From Marsupella aquatica (Eukaryota > Plantae > Marchantiophyta): DNA of 64,000 nt. Below the pieces are notes generated by a model. The model saw only the letters and a program-made list of their open reading frames with translations. It searched no databases and was not told where the DNA came from. Shown here piece by piece: positions 1 through 13,140 of the stretch. The stretch is from positions 20,099,869-20,163,868 of the forward strand of contig OZ316892.1 of the NCBI GenBank assembly GCA_973895155.1, given 5' to 3'. A program made the translations under genes and the position numbers. The first letter of the stretch is position 1. Each line of letters begins with the position of its first letter.

Positions 1-2767
1 GGTAAAATGTTCGAGTTCATTTATGCCCAAATTTCGGGCAGGACACAAAATGTAAGGAAAAACCTGCATAGTAACCTGTTCGAAAATTTAAGCTGGAAGG
101 AAACTTAAATCGAAGTTTGTGATTGCTCCTCTCCCTCTCTGTTGTAGTTGTCCTATTGAATATCCCAGTACAAACTAGATCTTCATGGGCAAGGAGCTTA
201 CTCAGACAAAGGTAGCTGTTGTGAGGTCCAGAAATGATCTTAAAACAATGTACTGACTGGCACCAATGCAGTCAGACTTTTAAAAGACTGACTGCAACTG
301 GTAAGGTTTGGGCGGACTCGTACTTGATAGGTTGGATTGACGCTTGTTGTGTGGTATGACAGAGTGACGGGACAAAGTATAGCCTCCTCCTTCAAAATGC
401 TGAAACTGTGGCGCTTGTTTCTCCATCCTCAACAGGTACATGTCATGTTAAATCTAGGAGGCCCTCCTCTGCACTGTCTCAATTGCTTTTCCTGTCTTAC
501 ACGTTAATTTTTGGAGAACTGAGGGTTGCTTCAAACCGTGTTTCAGATTTCGGGGATTGTCAGCAACCGGGCATCGCTTCTCCTGTAACCAAATTGAAGG
601 TTGGAGATGAAGTTGTACTTAGTCTACAGTGTGCTGCTCGACATACAGGTGTTCGAATTGACGAGTTCATAGTTGAAAGATAGTTGAGAACTTATGTGCG
701 GCATTTTAAAGTTTTTGTAAAATCACATGGCACGGAGTTTAAACTTCAGTTAGTCGAACTTACTGCTTCTTATGAACGCAGATTAGCCCATCTTTGGAGT
801 GAGTTCTGTAAAACAAATCTAGATTAGAAATGAATTGAGTCTGTGTATAATTAAATCTCCAACGTAAGGAACAATCCTCCATGTTAGTAATGACTGATGC
901 CTTCATGAGGACCAACGCCTCTACCAGCCCCTGTGGAAGATCCTTGCTTCGAGCCAGCATTGTTAGCCTTGTTTTTGGCATAACCAATGCCTTTTCCAAC
1001 AAACACTGCAGTAGATGGTTATGAGGTCTGGCTTTTCATCATCTTCTCGTCCTGGAGGAGATAAGTTATCACCATCTGCAGAGACAAATTCGCCTGTACT
1101 CTCAACGAGTTAAGCACGTTCTAATCAGCTTTGAATCCTAAACTGGAGTCACCACATCTGATGAAGATCATTTTGGATTGATCCAAAGGTCTACAACTAT
1201 TTGGCATAAAATGAATCTCGATGCCCACATCCATGATGGACTAAGGTGCCCAGCTGGGTTTAGGGTACAATCGGCCAGTAAGGCTGAGCCAATTGCACCT
1301 TGCCACATGTCCTTGGACCAATATGGAGCCATCTCTGGTTAGTCCCCTCCCTTAAGCAAACCCATATACAAATGGGGGGCATGTTAGTAAAGAAGTAGTT
1401 TGGGGGCAAGTTATGAATGTCTGTGATAGTGCCATTCCGGGTTCCGCAAAAACTTTATAGTTATTAATTATGGACCCGAGTGACAGAAGGTTCCCTGAGT
1501 GACAAAATGACCCCAAGCAACCTTTCACAATTGAGCCTCTCGATTGGATGGCCCTATGTCCCCAAGCACTACGGCCTGCAATCACTCCTTTACGATTGAA
1601 CCTTCGATGTCCGCAAGCACTACGGTAATCTAGTGAGTCTGCAATTACTCGTGGGACATACATATCTGCATATTCTCGAGTCCACCTGTACTAGAGATTT
1701 TCGGCTGTCAAACTTATACGGCGCCGTCCCACCCCTTTCAGCAATTCGAGAATCGCTTACGCGCCGCAATAGGACTGCCGTCATCTGTTATCGCTGTCGC
1801 CTCTTCCCAATCTAACGGAAATGGGCCGGCGGTAGGCTATGATAATAGTTTTGCATGCAGGCTCCTGATATTTATCTGGGTTTTGGGTCATTTGTGCTCT
1901 GCTTGTCCTACAGTACTGCTCCGACAAAAGCCCGTGTCCTAATCGAATGGACGCTTAGAGATAGATAGATCATTTGATTGAGCCAAATCGACTCGATTAT
2001 CCATGTTCTCTCACTGAGGGTATGAATCAACTTGTGCCTCGAAAGGCAATGTAGCTGATGGGGCGCTTGGCAGTCACCAACGCGAAAGAAAGTACTGTAC
2101 ATACTTATAATTCACGTTAAGCGGTGTAATGATAAGAAATTAGTCATAAATTGGCTTCCGATGAGTTGTCTCTGGCTGGCCAGGGTCAAACAAGGCCCAT
2201 ATCATGTTTCTTTCGTGAATAAATTCCTACAAGAATTCGCAGAGGAAGAGTATAGAGAGATGACCATTATAAGACCCATCACGACGATCGAGTCTCCGTT
2301 CAGCTAGTTTGTCTTCAGCAAGTAATCAATTGAACACCAGGAGTAATGCTACCGTAAATCTTTCCACACTACGACCAATGTGTATGCTCGATCCCAACTT
2401 AGATCTGACAAGGACTAGCGAACTCCAATCCAAAATAATCCTTCAGTCACTGAAATCCGCTCAATCCTTTGTAAAAAATATCGTATAACTGCAACGTCCC
2501 AACGTCGATAAGAAGCAGCTCAGGACCTTCAAATCCAACGGTCTAAACTCATGCTAGGCTTGATGAGAGGCAGCTCGGTGAAATCGTCACATTCGGATCC
2601 ATTTTACTCATTTTCAATAATAGAAAGGGGCTTGGAGTCAATGGGGAGCTCTTACTTTTAACCCACTTCCTAAGTTTCGACCTACCAGTCTCGAAGTATG
2701 GGAGCAAATTCTGAGCTTCGTAATTGGCTGAAGCTCTTTAGTTCCTACCTGGTTTCCCAGCTAGAGT

Positions 2768-2914
2768 TTACAAGCATTTTCATCCCATGGCGATAAGATA
2801 AGTGGACTGCAGCGAAGGCTTATTGATTGTTGCCAAACTAGCTTACAAGCATTTTCATCTCATGGCGATAAGATAAGTGGACTGCAGCGAAGGCTGATTG
2901 ATTGTTGCCAAACT
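2768..2914. repeat. 75-bp tandem duplication (2 copies)
   Basis: ttacaagcattttcatcYcatggcgataagataagtggactgcagcgaaggct...ttgccaaact starts at both 2768 and 2843. Confidence 0.9.
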
Positions 2915-4215
2915 TGTTCCTACCGAAGTGGACCCAGGGAGATCGAGCATTCAAGGTAGAACTAGGATGAACGATGCAGGTTGTAGGACGAACGTCACGA
3001 GACTGTCCTCGAATTTCGCAGATTCTAAGTAATTAGTAGATGGGGCCTCATTAATAATGTCAGGGGATCTTTTCTTCTTTTTATTTTTGAGGCGGCTCGA
3101 TGGACAATCACGATTGGGACATCACGTACAAATCTCTCCTCACGTAACCCAAATTATGATGAGAATATATATGATCCGCTCTGCCTAAGTGCACCCTCCA
3201 CAAATACATAATGGGGTTCACAGCAAGGCCCATTGTTCTTCCTTCTTTTTCCCCTTATAGGGAATATTTGCATATTGGACCCAATTGTTGTTTAGTATAC
3301 TTAGCCCCGATGTAAACAAAGGTTTGATAAGGTGCTTCGATGGACTTGGAGGACCCCATGGATGCAATCCCAGCAGCAAATAATACTCCTGTAACCCCAC
3401 ATTTATTGTCTCGAGGGCACATTATTCCTTGTTTTTTACACTATGGGTTTACTGTACCCATCCAAAGTCTAACCAACCTTTGTGTCTATGGGGGCTTTTC
3501 TTTCTCGTTTTTTATTGAAAGTTTTGCAGGTTTTCTCACTTTCTGTAAACTGTGTACTGACTTCAGACAACAAAAGCTTAAGTGCAAATTCTCTATGAGT
3601 ACATATACACCTATCGAAACGAGTCGTTAGATGGGCTGGAACATTTATCGATAGCTGTTCTTTGTTGCAGCGCCAGTTTTAGTGTACATTGTTGCACTTC
3701 TGCAATAGGGTACAGGGTTTTAGGAGGAAGATCTAGGGCCATCAATGTTGCCCTTATCACATACTGCAACCATGAGGATCTTCAAGCACTTATCTATGTG
3801 TACAAGACTGCCAATGTTGCACTACTCACGCAGTGCAAACTATGTTTAAACTGCTAATTAATTATTGGCTTCTTTGTGAGAGTGTGCACTTAGAATCTAG
3901 TCATCTTCATCAATCCCACAAACAGCAACTCAAATTCAAAGGTTGCGATTTAATTTGCCTGATTGCTCACTTGGAAGGAGTCAATGTAGGACTTATGAAT
4001 AGATGGAGGCCTTGTTATTGCTCACATAACAATTGCACGAAGCGTAATGCTAGGGCCTTGTTTCATTGGTGTTCTGCCTGAGTGATTACAGTTTAAGTAT
4101 TGGTTTTATTAGAAGGTTGGACAACTATCTTGAGTTAACCTAGCTGATAGGACCAAGGGTAGAGCCTTGTGATTAAGAAGTCTCAAGTTCAGTGACAAGG
4201 TCCCTTGTAAGTAAC

Positions 4216-4790
4216 CATTAGTTAGGGACCCCTATGGGAAGTTCCTTCCAAAATCCGTGGAAGCACGTGTAGCAAAATCAACACTATTGGTCACAAACAA
4301 GAATGGTTCGTTATGCAAAAAGCACCAAACAAGACTATGTGTGTTTGAAAAAAGTCTTGAACTTTGAATTCAAATCTTGAAAAACTGAATACCTTGTAAC
4401 TGTAAAAACAATTGAAAACTGAACAAAATAATATTTCAAATAAACAAAGAAAGGGGTGAAAAGGAGGTAAAAGAAAATAACCTTTGGATGGGTTATGATT
4501 GATATATCAGTGTTTTCCAGTAGATTGTATGAGTTTTATATTTAATTAGCAATTTTTGGAATAACCATGGGTAGAAAGAAACTCTTCAACTACTGTAACA
4601 TTTACCTAGGTAACGTAAGAAACCATTTGATTACTATGGAAAATGGAACACCAAGGGAACATAAAGAAACCCTTTGACTAGTATTAATGGATAAAGGAAT
4701 ACCGAAGGAATGTAATTAAGAAACCCTTTTGGTTTTGAAGCATTTTGCATGGACTCTATGGACATAGGAGTACCAAAGGAAAGTTGTGCA
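4216..4790 (+). mobile_element. Dispersed repeat, probable degenerate CACTA-type terminal/subterminal segment (copy 1)
   Basis: Colinear with the reverse complement of 14532-15110. Outer end CATTAGTTAGGGACC resembles CACTAG. Internal ~46-bp subrepeats (tactatgga..ggaataccaagggaacata..gaaaccc). Confidence 0.6.
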
Positions 4791-5168
4791 TGCACTTCTC
4801 TACTCATGTTCAAAGAAAGTGTAGCTAGTCGAGGCTAGTTATTATTATTACTTGCCTGATTACCTACTCTTTGAACGTAAATAGAGAAGACGACAAAAAA
4901 ATTCCTGTAAAACAAAGTTGCTCTTGTTTATATTTGCCTCCATCCCTCATTTTTTTTACCCTCATTTCTATTTTGTCTTTATTGAGAGTCACTCTTAGTT
5001 TTGTCATAGTATAGAGTCAATGTGAGTTTTGTTAATTGTTGCTCCTATTCATTGTTTTGGGTTTACTTTCACTTTTCATTTTTGTTCTATTGCGAGTTAT
5101 GGTCTAGAGATTTCACTCTAGACAGTAGCCCTTGAAAGTAGCTGTGCATTGGGTTTTATTAGTAAAAT

Positions 5169-5975
5169 TGTGCAATAGTACTCATCACCGTTGGGCTTCC
5201 ATGCTTAATTTCAATAGACATGTTGATATGGAGTCTATCCTTAGGACAAGGAGTGGCACTCCCAAAAGTTGCTTGGGTGACAAAAAGTCACACCCAAGTA
5301 ACCCAACTTCTTTTAAAACCACCTTAAGTATGTAAGTAACTAAAGTATTATTTATTCAAACAACTATACATAAAACGTCCAGGATTCCTAGAAGGTAGAC
5401 TAGAACTAGATTTGAAAGCCTAAAAACATCCAAATGTTGGGCCAAAAACAGGACGCAAAACCGCCCAGCACTCAAGGATAAGTCACTACAATTATTATTG
5501 TGCAGTGGTACTCATCACCGTTAGGCTTCCAGGCTTAATTTCAATAGACATGTAGATATGGAGTCTATCCTTAGAACAAGAAGTGACCCTCCCAAGTATT
5601 GCTTTGGTGAAATAAAGTCACACCCAAGTGACACAACTTTTGGTAAAACCACCCTACTTAAGTAAAGTATCCAATTCAAAGCAAACAAAACAAGTGTCAC
5701 ACCCAAGTGACCCCAACTACTTTTAAAGCCCACCCTAACTAAGCAAGGTATTCCTTTCAAAGAAAACATACATAAAAAGTCAGTGCTCATATCCACGTCC
5801 AGGACTCCTACACTAGAAGCTACACCTAAAACTCGAGAGTTTCAAAGCGTAAAAACATCCGAAATGATAGCCCCAAAACAGGACGCAAAACCGTACACTA
5901 GTACTCGAGGATAACTCCGTAGTATTAATTATTATTACAGTATTGTGCCGTAGTACTCGTCACCGTTGGGTTCCC
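5169..5975. repeat. Tandem duplication of the SUVR upstream region (~330-445 bp units, 2 copies plus start of a third)
   Basis: tgtgc..tRgtactcRtcaccgttRgg recurs at 5169, 5499 and 5944. Copies 1 and 2 share further blocks (gatatggagtctatcctt, aacaggacgcaaaaccg). Confidence 0.85.
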
Positions 5976-6488
5976 GGCCCTTTCGCATTTCCCAATGAAT
6001 GCGATCGAGGAAAGATCCTGGTAACCGAGGACGCACATCGAAGGAGGGAAGCAGCTGGTGCAGAGGAGGACGAGGACTAGGACGAGGCTGGCCGACATTG
6101 CAGTGTAGGGAAGCAGCTCGAAAAGGAATGTCGGCTCGTTGGAGCTATAGAGTGTAGACGCTGATAATCGCAAAACTGTTCCTCGGCGCTCTTTCTTGCG
6201 CCGCTGCTTAATTATGAGGGAAAACAGAGGAGGGATTGCTCGCGAACGGATTTTCTATTGAGCAGAGAGAGTTCTGATTCTGTTTTTGCTGAGGTCGATC
6301 AGCATGCGATGCGATGGTGTGAGGGTGGGCGTTGGATTTCTCGTTCCACATTGGCCTTTGGATGAGGAGGAGGTGATGGAATTGGAACTGTAGCTATCCG
6401 GGCATTCCGTCGGGCGGTCGTCGGAGCTGTCATCTTGCTGCTCCCGCCTTCCTCTTGTAGGTGCTAGGAGCGTTGAGCAATGCGGGTG

Positions 6489-6744
6489 CTCTTGGGGATG
6501 GAGCCCCGGGATTCGCAGTAGAAATCTTTTCGTCTTTGAAGTGTTTGAGAAGAGACAGAGGAGGAAATGGGGTCTCTTGGGGATGGAGTCCCATGATTCG
6601 CAGTAGAAATCTTTTGGCCCTTTGTAGTGTTTGAGAAGGTACAGAGGAGGAAATGGGGACTCTTGGGGATGGAGCCCCGTGATGCGCAGTATATATCTTT
6701 TCGTCCTTTGAAGTGTTTGAAAGAAGACAGCGGAGGAAATGGCG
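6489..6744. repeat. ~85-bp tandem repeat x3 in the 5' leader of the SUVR gene
   Basis: ctcttggggatggagYccc..gatKcgcagta..atctttt..gtgtttga..gaggaaatgg units begin near 6489, 6574 and 6660. Confidence 0.9.
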
Positions 6745-6942
6745 TCGTTGCATAAACGGAGAGTAGGCAACGCCGTAAATGATGCCGTAGAAATATTGGA
6801 GCTGGCGAAGAAGGACGTCATTACAATCCTCGACAACCTCTCGAATGGTTGTGTCCACGGGGTTTGAAGTTGCCTGCCTCGCCGGTACTTTCTCAGTCAC
6901 TAAAGGTTGGGGTTCTCGTTGGAGTAGTGTTTAATTGCATCA

Positions 6943-9900
6943 ATGGCCTCGGTGGAAGCGGTGCGGTACAAAAGCAGAGTAGCCAAAGCTCTGCATTCGT
7001 TGCAACAATTTGGCTTGACGGAATCGGATGTCCTTCCAACCCTCAGGAAGCTCTTGAAGGTTCGTGACCACCGGCTTGAAAGCTGTCTTTCTCCCTTGTT
7101 CTTTCTCAGTCGCTCGAGGTTTGGGGTTCTTGAGAGCAATTCTGTTGTATCGATTCGCACCATACTGAACGAAACTAAACTGAACTGAACTGGACTGAAC
7201 TGAACTGAACTGAGCTGAGCTGACTGAGCTGACTGACTGATTGGCTGACCCGCTGACTCGCCTTGCAATCAATTTTGGCTCCAGATGTTCGACAACGAGT
7301 GGGACTTTATTGAAGCAGAGAACTATAGAACTCTCATCGACAGCATTTTCGAAGCCCAGGATGCTAAGGTTAGTATGATTGCTTTAAAGGAAGGTTAGTA
7401 TGATTGCAGCCCTACAAAACAAAACCCTCGATGTATAGTATGTTCCGAAGATTAGAATGGCTGCATTAGGGAACTCCGCAATGCAGAAAGGCCTCGGTGA
7501 ACTCATCTTTATGTCCCTCAAGTTTTATTTCTTCGTGCTTATTGTGGCGCTGTGGGGCCACAAAACTGTTGTCAACAAGTATCACGAGGGAATGCTATGC
7601 GTCGAGTGAATCGTTTTAGAGTCCACGGAACTCCGAAAAGGGACAAGGTTCAGACATACAAGAAAGCACGGGAACTTGCCAAAAGTATGAGAAAGATTCA
7701 GTCTGGAAGAAAGAAAACCATCAGCACTAGTGCATAGGTGGTCTGGACACGCCATTTGTGGATTTTGCTACCTTTGGTAAATTGGGTGAGGACGGGACAG
7801 AAATCGGTGTTTTGCTGACGATTTTCTTGCTGTGGTTTCTTGTCACCCAAGAACACTTCACGTGGTGGCGGTGGAGGCCCAGCCGTCCGCGCCAGGCGGG
7901 CACACTCGGGCTCCGACGATGACTATTCGGATTACAGTCCTTCGCCACCAAGGGGATCCTCCCCACCTCCAGCAAACCCAGCAACAAATCGCCGGTCCAA
8001 TGGACGTTCAGCCGCCCTGGTGACTGTGAAGAAAGAAAATTCACCGGTCTCTGGCCGGGGAGGTAATGCATTGCCGGATAACGTGGCCCGGGCCGTTGAT
8101 TACCACTCTGGAGCGAGTGTTCGCACGAGAGCAGCAACTCTCTCTCTGCAGGGTGGTGGTAGTCCGGGGACTCGAGGACGGGCTGTCCCCAGTTCAGCTG
8201 CTGCTGCTGCTGCAGCGGCGGCAGCACACGACAGAGAGAAGGGAAAATCTCCTTTGGTCCCCGAATGTCGGCGACAATTACCGTCGTCGCAATCTAGAGA
8301 AATGAAAGGTATGAATACCATTAATTTTTATTTTTATTGTGAACCTCGGACGTATCCTCATCGCGTATGTCTTCCTTCGATTGAGTGAGCGTCTTTGGAT
8401 TTCATTGAAGATTTGAAGTGATGGTGCTAGAAAATCATGCCGGTTTAAGTCTTTCGCAGACTGAATTGGTCTGCGGTGGGTCAGTAATGTATATCCTTAG
8501 GGACCCTTTGTGAATTGATGCAGGGTCTCCGAATCATGTCACTGTGAAACTAGAAGTTTCAAACTCCCCGCCGGCCCCACTAGGTTTTGAGAAGGTGTCG
8601 TTTGAAATGGTGGATGGCGTAATCCAGGTGAGCACCCCAAATAGAGCAGGGGCATCACCGAAGCCAGCTCACCAGCTGGTCCCTCCACTTCCCAATCGTG
8701 TCAATGTCGTGGATGAGTCTCCAATTCACCAGAGTGATCCGGGGAATCAAGTATTATCTCCAGCCCCACTGCGCGCGAAAGATCCCATCTCAAACGTGAC
8801 GGTCATTTATGTCAAAAAAGAGCCAGGGGAGGCACATGCCGCTCCTCCTGACCACGAGGATGTGAGTTGGGATCAAAGTGTACAGCGTGAACTCTCTTTG
8901 GAGGTCGCTGCGCAACCATCACCTTCCCGTCTTCAAATAGTTCCACATGGCACTGTTTTTGCCGAAAATCCTCCCCCAGCTGAGAAGGATTCCAAAGTTA
9001 CCGCAGGTGAGGCCTTGCTAACGTTTTGCTGATTAGATCATCTAAATGACCTCTTGGTTCCCTTCGATTGAGCTCCAATCCATATCAATTGTCCGCCGGC
9101 GCGAATGGACTCCGCTTCTTTGATTGTTTCCGAGACGAGGAGGCTATCGTGTTGACGAGTTGAAATTGTCGAATGAGAATAGCTGCTCCCACTTCCTGTC
9201 CTCCCTTGTCTCTGCAGCTCCACCATCGATCAGAAACTACGAGACTCGCTACAATAGGATGTGGTTAGGACTTCTGATCGATCAGCCAATGCATTCGTCA
9301 CATTTTTATCTTCATGTCAACTTGTTCTGGCCAGGATCGTCATTGTCCGGTTATGAGTTGGCCAATAGGAAGAATTCGAGGATGAGATTTAGGCAGTCAC
9401 TGAGTGGTTGTACCCACAATTCATGTTTTTATCTCTTGTCTGCAGGCCCCTCCATTGACCTGGCACCAAGAGTTGAACTGGAGGAACAAGACAGCATCGT
9501 TTTGCCGGCGGACTACATAGAGGACCGAGATGGGAATGTCCTGTCTTTGTCTTTAGTTGATTACGAAGACGATCCCGAACCTCCGGAGCAAGAGAGTGGC
9601 AGTGTTGTTGGGCCAATCCCGGATGAGCAGGTGGAGCCACCTGAACTCCACGGTGTAAAGATTCGCCCCAATTTCATTGTCAGTGGTTCCAAGCGGGACA
9701 TTGTGGAAGCACAGATTGCCTTTGAGCCGAAACGTCAGAAGTGTGAAGCCAGTTCACTCTTGGAAAGTGACAGAGACATCCACAGATCTGTTCCATCAAC
9801 TGCACCTCCTCGTAGGAGGTTAATACTTCCTCAGAGTCCTTCGCCTGACCACCGGGTCAACAGTGGCAGCTACCAGCCTCCCACCGGACCTACCTCAACA

Positions 9901-11703
9901 GCTGGAGTCAAGAGGAAGCTGATTGTTGCCAATCAGGGAAATAGCAGTGCTTCCAAAGAGATTGGTGCTTCAAACGGCGATGATAACACTCTCAGGAATG
10001 GTGATATGACGCTGGCGGTCGCTGATCGCTGTGAGGAGAGAGGTAAAGGGACCCTGGAAGCTAGAGGCCAGGGAATTAAGAACTCGGCTATGAAGCGAGT
10101 GAGACTTGAACCCGGGGTTGAAGATCCGAATGCCCAGAAGATGAAGCACGATCCTGCGGACATATCTAGAGGGACAGAAAGAATGCCAATCCCGTTCGTT
10201 AATGAGTTCACCAGTGAGACCATCGACCAGAAGTTCAATTATATTCCCAGGAATGTTGTCTATCAAAATGCTTACTTTAACATTTCATTGGCAAGAATTG
10301 GAGATGAGGATTGCTGTGTAGATTGCGTGGGGGATTGTTTGAATGCACCTCATTCTTGCCCCTGCACAAGGGAGACAGGAGGGGTGTTTGCATACACCCA
10401 GGACGGTTTTTTGAAGGAACAATTCATTGAGTATGAGCTGGGGCATAACGAGAAGGTATACTGTATCTCAGGCTGGGCTTGCCCCATAGAGCGGGCCAAA
10501 GCCGATTTTCAGCCTGACAAATGCAAGGGCCACCTTGTAAGGAAATTCGTAAAGGAGTGCTGGCACAAATGCGGGTGCAGCATGCAGTGCGGGAACCGTG
10601 TCGTTCAAAGAGGAATCACCCGTCAATTACAGGTAGGACAAGCTTTTAAACCTTGATATTGATTTTTTCTAACCTGAAGTTGGGCCTTGCTGTATGATGA
10701 TATTCATTTGCCATCCCTATGAGCTGAAATCGAACTATGGACACGGTTGCAGTATGGACGTTGCATCTGCTTCTCGTTATTTTCACTGACCTTTTGTCGG
10801 TGGATGTGAAGATTCACTCTGATTCTTATTTTCTATTACAGGTGTTTTTCACCAATGACGGTAAGGGTTGGGGCTTACGGACAGTTGAGGACTTGCCGGC
10901 AGGCTCGTTTGTTTGTGAGTATGTAGGGGAGATAATGACTAACAATGAACTTGACCAGCGAAATCAAGAAGTAAAACCGGTGGATACCTGCCTCCAGGCT
11001 GGAACCCATAAGGACACGTATCCTTTACTGCTGGATGCTGATTGGTGTTCAGAGAGTGGGCTCAAGGATGAAGAAGCCTTGTGTTTGGATGCCACTAGGT
11101 ACGGCAATGTGGCACGGTTCATCAATCACAGGTAATTCATGTTTCAATTCATGTCGAAGAATTCAGTTGGATCAGTTTAGTGCTGGGGCTGTTTAGCACA
11201 GTATGCCTGTGAATCAGTAATCAATGCCTGAGCTGTTGCCGATCTTCATTTTTAACGCGATCGTCTCATTGAAGGTAACTTGCGTGCTGGTGTTCTTGCA
11301 ATATGCAGGTGTATGGACGCCAACCTGATTGACGTTCCGGTCTCTATAGAGGGAATGGATCGACACTACTATCATGTGGCTTTCTTCACCAACCGTGCTG
11401 TAAAATCTGGGGAGGAATTGACTTGGGTACAGTCTCTTTCTACCATCTAAATGTGTCCAGTGCATGACAAGCGGGATAGTTTTGATGCAATTTGGGATAT
11501 GGTTGAAGAGATTCTTGGCGTTTGTTCTCTGTAAGTTCTCTTACACGGTTGATGTATTTAGGACAAAGCTGGCTTGGCCTATGCAGGATTACAAGATAGA
11601 TTTTGACGATGACGAGCATCCTATTGAGGCCTTCCACTGTCTCTGTAAGAGTGAAGACTGCAGAGGGTCGCGTACAAACGGCACTAAAAAGCATAAGAAG
11701 TAA
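6943..11703 (+). CDS. SUVR: SUVR1/2/4-type SU(VAR)3-9-related histone H3K9 methyltransferase. Exons 6943-7059, 7285-7368, 7852-8308, 8524-9006, 9446-10632, 10842-11131, 11309-11426, 11587-11703.
   Basis: Phase-consistent GT-AG splicing gives a WIYLD domain (RVAKALHSLQQFG...LLK|MFDNEWDFIEAENYRTLIDSIFE), a Cys-rich pre-SET (DISRGTE..., ECWHKCGCSMQCGNRVVQRG), SET (GKGWGLRT, FVCEYVGE, RFINHRC, VAFFT, ELTWDY) and post-SET CLCKSEDC. The exon 3 acceptor is the least certain boundary. Confidence 0.95.
7164..7240. repeat. (ACTGA)n/(GCTGA)n/(CTGA)n compound microsatellite in SUVR intron 1
   Basis: actgaactgaactggactgaactgaactgaactgagctgagctgactga... Confidence 0.9.
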
Positions 11704-12651
11704 ATTTGAAGTTTTATCTTCAAAACATGTTCTTGTCCAAAGACTTCTGCGGATCAGAAAGGTGGGATCATCGGCCTAGAAAACTGTGTGGAAGATGTTA
11801 GAACTTTTCTGCGAAGAGTCAACTGAGCTGTCCTTGTTGCTGCTTTTAAGTTTTTGTTAGTAATTGCCAAGAAATCGATATTGAAGGTTTTAACATGGGT
11901 CGGATTCGATTTCTTTCAGGCTTGATAGCAAAGGTGTCCCTCTCCTGAAATTTTCAAAAAGCTTTCTTCACTGATTTGTTGCTTCGTGAATCTCTTCAAT
12001 TGACAGGACGTTCCAAGGATCACAGGAATGAGGATCAACAAGAGACCACCAGCTGCAAGCTATGGCATGTTTAATAGAGTACTGCAGAAGGTCTCTAGGA
12101 TGATCCAGACTTTAGATGGCCTATGGCTCCATGGGCCCCTCATTCGACAGAGGAGAATTTTGGCTGTAGAGAATTTTGTGGATACCATCAAGTAGATTGT
12201 ACAAATCCTATGCTGGCCAAAGTATCGTCAGGTTTTGACAGGCACGGTCCCTTTCGAGCACATTAGTATCGGCGATTAAACGAAACTCTTTTAGAACTCG
12301 TCGCTTTCCTTGTCCAACGGATCTAGGTGCTTGCTGCTGTAATGTGTCTATTTCATTGCTGTCCAGACAGTATTAATGGAAAAGTCTAGATGTGAAGGTC
12401 CAATCTTATTTTAGCAGGAAGAGAGGGAGAGCGGACCTGGGCAAGCTTGAGGAACACATGATGTTATTAAGTGAAAGACCTTCTCAGGTTTTCTTCCACC
12501 ATGTCAAGGGTTCGTTCAGGTTCCTATCAATCAGACCAAATCAAAGTGATATCCCAAGATAGGAACCCAGCATGATCAGTGTACGTACTTGGTCCTATTT
12601 GTCCTATTTGGTCCCTAAACCCCTAAACCCTAAAGTTATTGGTATATTTTT

Positions 12652-13140
12652 GGCCTTCTTGTGTTTGGATAGCGTCTGAGTTTTCTTGAATGCAAGACCG
12701 ACTCGAGTCCCAGCACTCATCTCTCAATGGTTCTGAAAGCTATAGGCATTCCTTTGTTGGGATGGTATCGGATTGTTCTGGCATTTAAAACCGAGTCACA
12801 GTGGTCTGGAAGGTTTTGAGTCTAACCACGCTTCTCTCTCCATGCTTCTGAAAGCTGTAGGCCTTCTTGTGTTTGTATCTGAGTGTTCTGGGATGTAAGA
12901 CCGAATCACAGCGGTGTGGAACTTTTCGAGTCCCAGCACTCTTCTTCTCCCAATGCTCTGAAAAACCTTTGGGCCTTCTGGTCTTGGGATCGTATCTGAG
13001 TTTTCTGGAATTCAAGACCGATGCACAGCACTCTCCTCTCTCGCTTCTGAAATCTACAGGCCTTCTTGTGTTGGGATATCAGAGTGTTTTGGAGTTTAGG
13101 ACCGGCTCACATTGACCTGGAAGGTTAAGTCCCAGCACTC
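12652..13140. repeat. Degenerate ~90-200 bp tandem repeats
   Basis: ggccttct.gt.ttKgga...tctgagt.ttct.ga...aagaccg units at 12652, 12860, 12972 and 13059. gtcccagcactc recurs three times. Confidence 0.7.

Noticed and set aside
1-3200. Short ORFs, a YVGDLII string resembling Copia RT (~850-880, minus) and a CSVCWKRH string (~990-1010, minus)
   Set aside because: Isolated motifs with no flanking homology that I can recognise.
6255-7272. Minus-strand ORFs of 110-193 aa
   Set aside because: They arise from the 85-bp repeats and microsatellite and are antisense to the SUVR 5' region.
9124-9445. N-terminal 107 aa of the 510-aa ORF
   Set aside because: Open frame running through intron 4. The phase-consistent acceptor is at 9445.
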